Assembly (NCBI GenBank): GCA_965216865.1
Contig: OZ244206.1
Span: forward strand, 967,745-1,031,744
Direction: 5' to 3'
Origin: Phycisphaerales bacterium
Lineage (GTDB): Bacteria > Planctomycetota > Phycisphaerae > Phycisphaerales > UBA1924
DNA: 64,000 nt
Positions 1 to 6,652 of the stretch are shown one piece after another (within the stretch, counting starts at the first letter, position 1; every line of letters starts with the position of its first letter). Below the pieces are notes generated by a model, which made no database searches, had not been told where the DNA came from, and saw only the letters and a list, made by a program, of their open reading frames with translations. Position numbers and translations under genes: made by a program.

Positions 1-338
1 CCCAATCCCCAATCCCTGATCCCCAATGCCTCTTCCCCCTCCCTCCCCGCCCTCATCGACGACCTCCTCAACCCCTCCATCACCACCGCCGAGCTCTGCC
101 AACTCCACCACCTCACCCTCGACCAGCTCGACGACCTCCTCACCTCTCCCCAGTTCGACAACGCCCGCGCCCGCTTCACCCGCGCTAACGCAACCCGGCG
201 CGAACTCCTCGAAGACGAGGCCCAAACTCTCGCCGCCGCCCGCCTCACCGACCTCCTCCGCGACCGCCCGGAAACCCCCGCCCACGCCGAAACCGTCCGC
301 AAAGCCGCCACCACCATCCGCACATCGACTCCCAATCG
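1..338 (+). CDS. 3' part of an ORF entering from the left edge (unknown helical protein); frame 1 stays open to 1611
   Basis: Frame 1 reads ...ALIDDLLNPSITTAELCQLHHLTLDQLDDLLTSPQFDNARARFTRANATRRELLEDEAQTLAAARL... with GC3-rich codons. It is absent from the ORF track because it has no Met or stop. The end is set arbitrarily where the repeat cluster begins. Confidence 0.35.
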
Positions 339-530
339 CCTCCCCCGCGCTTGCGGGGGAGGTGTCTGCGAAGCAGACGGAGGGGGCTCTTGTCTATCCC
401 CGCGATCCGACGAGTCGCAGACCAACCAAAGGCCGGGTGCCCGTACTCGCGGCAACGCCGCGCAGTGCGGCGATCAACCATCCCGCCCCGCGGGGGAGGT
501 GCCGAAAAAATCGGCGGAGGGGGCCTCCTC
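339..530 (+). repeat. REP-like cluster: A unit (339-387), D-type hairpin (~435-471), A unit (482-530)
   Basis: CCTCCCCCGCGCTTGCGGGGGAGGTGTCTGCGAAGCAGACGGAGGGGG and CCCGCCCCGCGGGGGAGGTGCCGAAAAAATCGGCGGAGGGGG. The same architecture recurs at eight or more other sites in the window. Confidence 0.8.
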
Positions 531-654
531 AAATCCCCAATCCTCAATACCAACCGCCTCCACTCCCCACTCCCCATCGAACCCACCCCCATCGCAACCC
601 GTACCAACACCAGCTGGTACCACCAAAGACACACACACCGAGGGGGTCTCCGAC

Positions 655-1611
655 ATGAACACCAAAGCCGCAGCCGCCATCTTCACGATCGCGATGGGCA
701 CCGGCATCATCGGTGCCGCCTGGTACATGGCCAGCACCGACACCGACACCACCCCAAAGCCAACCCCCACCCCGCCACCGACCCAACCCAAGTCCGCCGG
801 CTTCGACCTCTTCTCCCTCCCCACCTCCCCAAGCCCCGCCAAGGTCTTCTTCGAATCCGCCGAGGGCCAATCCATCCCGCCCCGCTCACGCAACCAGGTC
901 CAGGGCATGATCTCCATGATGGCCGCCCTCATCGACCGCATGCACGAGTTCGACGCCGACGGCGACGGCATGCTCTCCGATCTCGAAAAAATGGCCATGG
1001 GCTACAGACTCCGCAAGGAGTTCATCGCCGAGCACGACCTCGACGGCGACGGCGACATGTCCGGCGACGAATGGCGCGCATTCCAAAAAGCCATGTTCGA
1101 ACAAACCGCCGAGGGTCAACAGCTCATGGCCCAGTTCGATCTCAACAACGACGGCGTCCTCGACGAAGAAGAACAGGCCGCCTTCGACGCGCACATGGAA
1201 CAACGCGAACAGGAGCGCCGCGCCGAAGAACAACAACGCATGGACACCAACAACGACGGCGAAGTCGACGAAAACGAACGCCGCGAAGCACGCCGACAGG
1301 AACGCGAGTTCTGGGGCAACCAGATGCGCACCGCCGAGAGCAACTTCGACTACGACGGCGACGGCGAGCTCAACATCGAAGAAACCAACGACGCCTGGCA
1401 CGCATGGGTCGAATACCAGGAAGTCGACACCTTCATCACCAACTACGACACCGACGGCGACCGCTCCATGGGCCCCGCCGACTACGAAGCATTCCTCTCC
1501 GCCTTCGACCGCAAGGACGACCGCGCCGACATCAACAACGACGGCAAGATCAACATCTCCGACATCAACGCCTTCCGCGACCTCGTCATCCGCTCCCGCA
1601 ACGCGAGCTAA
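655..1611 (+). CDS. membrane-anchored calcium-binding protein with seven EF-hand/dockerin-like loops
   Basis: An N-terminal hydrophobic helix (MNTKAAAAIFTIAMGTGIIGAAWYMAS) is followed by seven Dx[DN]xDG loops: DADGDGML, DLDGDGDM, DLNNDGVL, DTNNDGEV, DYDGDGEL, DTDGDRSM, DINNDGKI. The ATG at 655 is preferred over 499, which lies inside a repeat unit. Confidence 0.75.
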   Translation: MNTKAAAAIFTIAMGTGIIGAAWYMASTDTDTTPKPTPTPPPTQPKSAGFDLFSLPTSPSPAKVFFESAEGQSIPPRSRNQVQGMISMMAALIDRMHEFDADGDGMLSDLEKMAMGYRLRKEFIAEHDLDGDGDMSGDEWRAFQKAMFEQTAEGQQLMAQFDLNNDGVLDEEEQAAFDAHMEQREQERRAEEQQRMDTNNDGEVDENERREARRQEREFWGNQMRTAESNFDYDGDGELNIEETNDAWHAWVEYQEVDTFITNYDTDGDRSMGPADYEAFLSAFDRKDDRADINNDGKINISDINAFRDLVIRSRNAS

Positions 1612-1616
1612 CCTCT

Positions 1617-1786
1617 CCTCCCCCGGGCCTCCGGGGGAGGTGCCGACAAAATCGGCGGAGGAGGTCTTCAAAGTCCATCCACATCGGGTGCCCTGCTTTG
1701 ATCCGACGAAGTTGGACAAAGCAGGAACCGATCGCCCCCGACAACCTGCTTTGCCCTCCCGTTGGTCGGGTCAAAGCAGGGCACCC
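1617..1786 (+). repeat. A-B composite repeat module (A unit 1617-1664; B element 1686-1786)
   Basis: The A unit starts 6 nt after the EF-hand stop codon. The B element has 16-nt terminal inverted repeats (GGGTGCCCTGCTTTGA / TCAAAGCAGGGCACCC) and two inner copies of the CAAAGCAGG/CCTGCTTTG core. Confidence 0.85.
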
Positions 1787-1805
1787 TCAGGAATGACAAC
1801 TCGGA

Positions 1806-3929
1806 TCACAAGTACATCTTCTTGTTGTAAATCCACCACTCAAACATCAGGATCGCCAGCGCGCCCATCAACAACCACGGCCACCAGTCCTTGATGCTCT
1901 TCCGCTCAACCGCAGACTCGGCGCTCACCAGCGTATTCGCCAACGCAATGGTGGGTTGGGTGGAGACATCACTCTCCGTCGGGTCGAGCAGATTCGCCGC
2001 GAACAACCGCCGAATCTCATCATCCCGAACAACATCCGTCGGCCCAGGCGTCCCGCGCCAACGGAGCGTGTACAGCCCCGTCTGCCGGATCGGCCCATAC
2101 ACCACACGCCCATCCGCGCTGGGAATGATCTCCGGCGAACGCGTCCCATCAGGAAGCTGAACCCGCACCGCCCGCGCATCCACCGGGATCCGATCAGCGA
2201 GGACATTCCCGGGTTGAATCAGCCGATCCGTCTGATCGATCGCAACGACCGAGCCCGTGCCCAGATAATCCACGGCACTCGCAAGGAACACCACAAACGA
2301 CACATCGAACGGCCAGTTGGTTTTGGTGATATCAAACGGCACCACGATCGCGCGGACATCGGCGTCGGAGGTTTCGAAGATCGCGGGTCCTGTCGCGGTT
2401 TCGGCGAGGGAGACGACGCCCGAGCCGCGGGGGATCTCGATGTTGGGCGTCTCGGCCATCAGGAGCGCGTCGAGGGTGAGGTCGCGCAGGACGGGGTGGG
2501 TGCGGCGCCAGTCGATGAGGGCGCCGCCTTGCCCGACGCCGTTGTCGATGACGCCGAGCGGGCCGGTGAGGGTGCGTCCGAGGATGAGGTACCGCCCGGG
2601 TTCGAGTCGACGATCGAGCTCGTCGGGTCGCGGGAGGTAGTTGTCGAAGACGACGACGTCGAAGACGGCCATGTCGCCGTTGTCGCGTTTGGACTCGTAC
2701 TGCGATGGGGACATCACTTCAAACTTGGACAACGGGAAACCGGCGATGGCGGATTGGACGAAGAGGTTGCCGGTGGAGACGAGCGCAACGGCGGCCTGCT
2801 TGGCGGGGGGGACGATGAGGGCGCCCTCGTTGTCGGTGAGGAGGACATCGGCTTCGGGGTTCTCGTCGCCGTTGGTGTCGAGGCGGACGCGGGCGAGGAC
2901 GGCGTTGGGCTCGATGAGTTCGAACACGACGCCGCCGGTGGCGGTGGTTTTCTGCCCGGTGGTGTCGTCGACGGTCGCGGCGGGCAAGTCGATCTGTCGG
3001 ACAGAGCGGGTGACGCCGTCGATGATGAGCTCGGCGTCGACGGAGCGTTCGATGGTGTCGGTGGACTGGACGCCGACGAAGATGGAGAGCTTGGTGGGGT
3101 CGTCGTAGTCGCGTTCGGATCGGAGCGCGACGAGCCCGATGTTGTTGGAGGTTTGCGTGCCCATCGCGTGGTACTCGAAGGCGAACTGGCCTTCGACCTG
3201 GTCTGCTCTCACGGATTGGATGTCGGGGATGCGTCCGTCGGAGTAGAGGTGGAAGAAGTAGGGATCGCCGCCTTTGAGTTCATCGAGCTCGATGGTGTTG
3301 AGGACTTCGCCGGCTTCGTTGGCGTCGGTGACGATGCGGTTGGGGCGCTGGGCCTGGGCGAGGCGGTAGGCCTCCTCGATGGAGGAGGGCGCATCGGTCT
3401 GCTCGATCGAGTTGATGGCGTTGATGAGCGCGGTTTGGTCGGAGGTGAACTGGGCGATGATCTCCGCGCTGGCGTCGAAGGCGATGATCATCGCTTCGTC
3501 GGCTTTCTCGCCTTGTGCGAAGACGGAGGGTTCGCGCATCGATTCGATGAGGGTGATGGCTTCCTCTTTGGCACGCTCGAGTCGGGACTTGCTGCCCAGC
3601 GCGTCGGCGCCGTCGACGGCGGCCATCGACGCGGAGCGGTCGATCATGATGAGGTACTTCTTGCCCTGCTCGCTGGTTGTGGCGCTGCGGGGCTGGGCGA
3701 GGGCGAGCAAAATCAAACCGAGGATGATGAGCTGGAGGAAGAGGAGGAGGTTCTTGCGGAGGCGTTGGAAGGGAGCGTTGGCCTGCAGGTCCTGGATGGT
3801 CTTCTTCCAGAGGAGTGTGGAAGAGACCTCGCGCGGGATGCGGCGGAGCTTGAGGAAGTAGAGGATGATGAGCGCGGGGATCGCGATGGCGGCGACGATC
3901 CCGGCGAGCATGGGGGCGGCGAAGGTCAT
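1806..3929 (-). CDS. BatA-like membrane protein with vWA domain (aerotolerance-regulator N-terminal domain)
   Basis: The N-terminus MLAGIVAAIAIPALIILYFLKLRRIPREVSSTLLWKK is typical of the BatA N-terminal double-TM domain. A vWA MIDAS-like motif (YLIMIDRSASM) and a C-terminal TM helix are present. Confidence 0.85.
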   Translation of the reverse strand: MTFAAPMLAGIVAAIAIPALIILYFLKLRRIPREVSSTLLWKKTIQDLQANAPFQRLRKNLLLFLQLIILGLILLALAQPRSATTSEQGKKYLIMIDRSASMAAVDGADALGSKSRLERAKEEAITLIESMREPSVFAQGEKADEAMIIAFDASAEIIAQFTSDQTALINAINSIEQTDAPSSIEEAYRLAQAQRPNRIVTDANEAGEVLNTIELDELKGGDPYFFHLYSDGRIPDIQSVRADQVEGQFAFEYHAMGTQTSNNIGLVALRSERDYDDPTKLSIFVGVQSTDTIERSVDAELIIDGVTRSVRQIDLPAATVDDTTGQKTTATGGVVFELIEPNAVLARVRLDTNGDENPEADVLLTDNEGALIVPPAKQAAVALVSTGNLFVQSAIAGFPLSKFEVMSPSQYESKRDNGDMAVFDVVVFDNYLPRPDELDRRLEPGRYLILGRTLTGPLGVIDNGVGQGGALIDWRRTHPVLRDLTLDALLMAETPNIEIPRGSGVVSLAETATGPAIFETSDADVRAIVVPFDITKTNWPFDVSFVVFLASAVDYLGTGSVVAIDQTDRLIQPGNVLADRIPVDARAVRVQLPDGTRSPEIIPSADGRVVYGPIRQTGLYTLRWRGTPGPTDVVRDDEIRRLFAANLLDPTESDVSTQPTIALANTLVSAESAVERKSIKDWWPWLLMGALAILMFEWWIYNKKMYL

Positions 3930-4086
3930 GTCAGCGGCCCCACTTTCGTATCAGGGTCAGGTTGCATGATTGTGCAGGGGAGGTTTCCCTTGCAACCCCT
4001 CTTGGGGAGGGGAGGGGTGTCGATGTGTTTGGTTGGGACCACTTGTGGCGTAGACGCGCGGTGGGGTGGTTGGGTGGTTGGAAGAG

Positions 4087-4247
4087 CACCACTGCGCCGC
4101 TTTGCGGCGAGTGGTGGCACCCGGAGGTGGAGAGGAAGACCCCATCCGTCACGCTGCGCGTGACACCTTCCCCGGCGGGGCGGGGGAGGAGAGAAGAGGC
4201 CCCCTCCGTCCGCTGCGCGGACACCTCCCCCGCAGGCGCGGGGGAGG
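4087..4247 (-). repeat. REP-like array: C-type hairpin (4087-4122) plus two A units (4140-4189, 4200-4247)
   Basis: CACCACTGCGCCGCTTTGCGGCGAGTGGTGGCACCC, then CCCCATCCGTCACGCTGCGCGTGACACCTTCCCCGGCGGGGCGGGGGAGG, then CCCCCTCCGTCCGCTGCGCGGACACCTCCCCCGCAGGCGCGGGGGAGG. Confidence 0.85.
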
Positions 4248-4277
4248 CGAGTGGGATGAGCATGGGTGAGGGGCCGG

Positions 4278-4697
4278 TCATGGGAGCACTCCGATCGAAA
4301 CTGCAATGTAAAGAGCGAGTCCTACGAGTAACTCAATCAGACTGACCACCAGTGTGAGCCGGATGACCTTGTGTATGCGGTCACCGGAGAACCAGCACGA
4401 CACGAACGCGAGCGAGGACCAGATCAGTACGAGCGCAAGTCCGCCGTAGATCAATACAGCCATTGCGATACCCAAGGGAAAGTCATCACCCCAACTCGAA
4501 ACAACTGATGCGATCAGTAGGAAGACGAAGCCAGAGTGAATCAGTAGGCAGAGCGGGTAGCAGATCTTTGCGAGCGTTGCATCAACTCTCGTCCATAGAT
4601 GAGTTCGTTCGGTTGTAGTCGAATCACGGTTCATAGCCGCGTGGGTCAGCGCGTAGCACACGAGGAACGAAACCGAAATGAGTGTTCCCCGGATCAC
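4278..4697 (-). CDS. small polytopic membrane protein, unknown function, in an AT-richer island
   Basis: The 139-aa ORF has about four hydrophobic helices. Its GC content is visibly lower than the flanks, and it is bracketed by two co-oriented REP arrays. Confidence 0.5.
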   Translation of the reverse strand: MIRGTLISVSFLVCYALTHAAMNRDSTTTERTHLWTRVDATLAKICYPLCLLIHSGFVFLLIASVVSSWGDDFPLGIAMAVLIYGGLALVLIWSSLAFVSCWFSGDRIHKVIRLTLVVSLIELLVGLALYIAVSIGVLP

Positions 4698-4763
4698 CGA
4701 AGCAGCCCTCGCTTTCGTTTAATTCGGGAGGTTGAGACTAGAGGTGCCGATGGACTGCTCGGC

Positions 4764-4974
4764 GCACGGGTTGTCCTGCGGAGCAACCTGTGGCACCCAG
4801 AGGAGACCCCCTCCGCCTCGCGTTGCTCGGCACCTCCCCCGGAGGCCCGGGGGAGGAGAGGTGAAGACCCGTCTGATCCGCCTTTGGCGGACCACCTCCC
4901 CGCGGGGCGCGGGGTGGGACAAGAGTCCCCCTCCGTCCGCTGCGCGGACACCTCCCCCGCTGGGGCGGGGAAGG
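4764..4974 (-). repeat. REP-like array: C-type hairpin (4764-4797) plus three A units (4807-4856, 4866-4918, 4927-4974)
   Basis: It has the same unit order and orientation as the 4087-4247 array. It begins 28 nt after the DUF58 stop, read on the minus strand. Confidence 0.85.
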
Positions 4975-5001
4975 AGCGCGGAGATGTCGCGGGCGTGTGC
5001 A

Positions 5002-5949
5002 TCATCGCAGCAGACCCCGCTTTCGCATGTAGTCGAGGAGGAGGGTGTCGATGGGGGTGTCGGTTTGGATGGTGAGGGCGGTGATTTCGCGGCGGGCGCA
5101 GAAGTTTCTCAGGTCTTCGCAGTACGCTGACAGGTTCTCTTTGTACTTCTTGAGCAGCGGCGCGGAGATGGTGACCTCGGCCATGTCGTTGTCTTCGATG
5201 TCTCGCAGTTGGAGGTCGCCGGCGATGTCGGGGTTTACTTCTTGGGGTGACAGCGTCTGGATGGCGAAGACATCGTACCCGCGCCCGACGAGGAGTCGGA
5301 GACCGGTTTCGTAGCCCTCTTTCATGAAGAAGTCGGAGAGGACGATCATGACGCCCTTGCCGCGACGGGTCATGGCGATGCGTTTGCAGGCCTGGGAGAA
5401 GTCGGTGCCGCCTTCGGGGGTGATGGAGCAGAGGAAGCGGGCGAGGTCGTGGGTTCGGCGTCGGCCTCGGAGATCGCGGATGTTGCCGGCGATTGATTTC
5501 TCGCCGCCGGGTATGACGAGTTCGTCGCGCAGACCCACGGCGGTGACCGCCACGCGGTTGAGGTTGATGAGTCCGATGTACCCGAGGGCCATGGCGACTT
5601 GTTGCATGTAGTAGAACTTGTTGGGTTCGCCGCAGTCGGAGGAGGCGGAGGCGTCGATGACGATGTGGAGGGAGAGGTCTTCTTCTTCCATGAAGAGTTT
5701 CATGAAGAAGCGGTCGAGGCGGCCGTAGATGTTCCAGTCGATGTGCCTCAGGTCGTCGCCGATGGCGTATGGGCGGTGGTCGGCGAACTCGACGGACTCG
5801 CCTCGTTTCTTGGATCGTCGTTCGCCCTTGAGCTTGCCGGCGAAGATCTTGCGCGAGGTGATGTCGAGCTGGGAGACCTTGGCGATGAGGTCCGAGGAGA
5901 GGAGCTCGTCGATGGTGGCGGGGCGGGTTGGGTTTTCGGATCGGAGCAT
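5002..5949 (-). CDS. DUF58 family protein (vWA-like, MoxR partner)
   Basis: The motif FADHRPYAIGDDLRHIDWNIYGRLDRFFMKLFMEEEDLSLHIVIDASASS is typical of DUF58. Confidence 0.85.
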   Translation of the reverse strand: MLRSENPTRPATIDELLSSDLIAKVSQLDITSRKIFAGKLKGERRSKKRGESVEFADHRPYAIGDDLRHIDWNIYGRLDRFFMKLFMEEEDLSLHIVIDASASSDCGEPNKFYYMQQVAMALGYIGLINLNRVAVTAVGLRDELVIPGGEKSIAGNIRDLRGRRRTHDLARFLCSITPEGGTDFSQACKRIAMTRRGKGVMIVLSDFFMKEGYETGLRLLVGRGYDVFAIQTLSPQEVNPDIAGDLQLRDIEDNDMAEVTISAPLLKKYKENLSAYCEDLRNFCARREITALTIQTDTPIDTLLLDYMRKRGLLR

Positions 5950-6010
5950 AAGAGTTTGTACGCAGAGGTGGCAGAGGGCGCTGAGGACGCAGAGAAGAGG
6001 AAGTCAGGGG
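5931..6010. repeat. repeat R1 (DUF58 5' end plus ~55-nt cassette repeat)
   Basis: TTCGGATCGGAGCATAAGAGTTTGTACGCAGAGGTGGCAGAGGGCGCTGAGGACGCAGAGAAGAGGAAGTCAGGGG is nearly identical to 6094-6172, with one mismatch in the ~74-nt core. Confidence 0.9.
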
Positions 6011-6075
6011 GTGATGACCTGGTGTATTTAGGTTGCTTCTGCGGAGGAGGCCTTTCTGGGAGTGGGGTGATGGGG
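6011..6075 (-). pseudogene. decayed 3' end of a second GxxExxY-type gene
   Basis: ...CTTCTGCGGAGGAGGCCTTTCTGGGAGTGGGG aligns with ATTCTGCGGTGGAGGCCTTTCTGGATGGTTGGGG at 6197-6230, which encodes PTIQKGLHRRI of the intact gene. Confidence 0.5.
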
Positions 6076-6093
6076 GATCGGACTATAAAAAGG

Positions 6094-6172
6094 GGGTTCG
6101 GATCTGAGCATAAGAGTTTGTACGCAGAGGTGGCAGAGGGCGCTGAGGACGCAGAGAAGAGGAAGTCAGGGG
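6094..6172. repeat. repeat R2 (direct copy of R1, including a duplicated DUF58 start region)
   Basis: It carries a second copy of the DUF58 ATG and first ~5 codons (MLRSE..), followed by the cassette repeat. It overlaps the stop of the GxxExxY gene. Confidence 0.9.
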
Positions 6173-6579
6173 TGGAGACTTGATGCGCGGGAGTTGATTC
6201 TGCGGTGGAGGCCTTTCTGGATGGTTGGGGCGTTGAAGTTGATCAGTAATCCGAGTGGTTTGTCTGTGAGGAGGAGATACGAGACGAGTTGGGCGAGGTG
6301 CGCGTCTTCGACAGCGCGGGTAGATTTGAGTTCGAGGATGATCTGGTCGGCGACGATCAGATCGATGCGCTGGATGGGGAGTGGATTGCCTTTGTACTCG
6401 CCTTGGAAGGAGACTTGTTGTTGGTATGGGATGTCGGCGAGGTCGAGCTCGTGGCAGAGGGCGGCCTCGTAGACGGATTCGAGGAGGCCGGGTCCGAGCT
6501 GCTTGTGCACTTCGATCGCGCAGCCGATGATTTCGTGACTGAGCTGATTGATGTGTTGTGGCAACTCCTGATTCGACAT
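6166..6579 (-). CDS. GxxExxY family protein (PD-(D/E)XK-like small protein)
   Basis: The signature GLLESVY is present, embedded in IIGCAIEVHKQLGPGLLESVYEAALCHEL. The ~137-aa length and ...IDLIVADQIILELKS... fit the GxxExxY family as I recall it. Confidence 0.8.
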   Translation of the reverse strand: MSNQELPQHINQLSHEIIGCAIEVHKQLGPGLLESVYEAALCHELDLADIPYQQQVSFQGEYKGNPLPIQRIDLIVADQIILELKSTRAVEDAHLAQLVSYLLLTDKPLGLLINFNAPTIQKGLHRRINSRASSLHP

Positions 6580-6595
6580 TCGCCTCTTACCTCAT

Positions 6596-6652
6596 TCTTT
6601 GCTCTTCTTTGCGTCCTCGGCGCACTCTGCTACCTCTGCGTACAGCTCTTAT
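6596..6652. repeat. repeat R3 (inverted copy of R1/R2)
   Basis: The reverse complement, AAGAGCTGTACGCAGAGGTAGCAGAGTGCGCCGAGGACGCAAAGAAGAGC, matches R2 with about 6 substitutions and 1 indel over ~52 nt. It abuts the moxR stop codon. Confidence 0.85.

Larger units (their letters stand above)
5931..6652 (-). mobile_element. putative non-autonomous cassette: GxxExxY gene bounded by inverted repeats, inserted between moxR and the DUF58 gene
   Basis: Inverted repeats R3 and R2 flank the gene. An extra copy R1, a gene remnant and a duplicated target (the DUF58 5' end) indicate repeated insertion or recombination at this site. Confidence 0.5.

Noticed and set aside
26-1796. ORFs 26-658(+), 351-1796(+) and the 499 start of the EF-hand ORF.
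   Set aside because: All three frames are open here only because the strand is C-rich. Frames 2 and 3 give Pro/Ser/Thr/Arg low-complexity strings. The ATG at 499 lies inside a palindromic repeat unit. The ATG at 655, directly before the hydrophobic helix, is the more plausible start.
1956-4163. A 735-aa plus-strand ORF lies antisense to the BatA-like gene. Similar long shadow ORFs occur at 6763-7893(+), 11877-13697(-), 14181-15365(-), 22335-23750(-), 37668-39617(+), 45026-46330(+) and 58223-59479(-).
   Set aside because: These are typical high-GC antisense or out-of-frame ORFs. Their composition is Arg/Gly/Asp/Val/His-rich and low in complexity, with no motifs. Each fully overlaps a gene that has clear family signatures.
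4087-4974. The repeat arrays could be CRISPR arrays.
   Set aside because: The units are imperfect palindromes of variable sequence, about 50 nt long and separated by only ~10 nt. There are no unique spacers of constant length, and no cas genes appear anywhere in the window. The same units also occur singly after stop codons.
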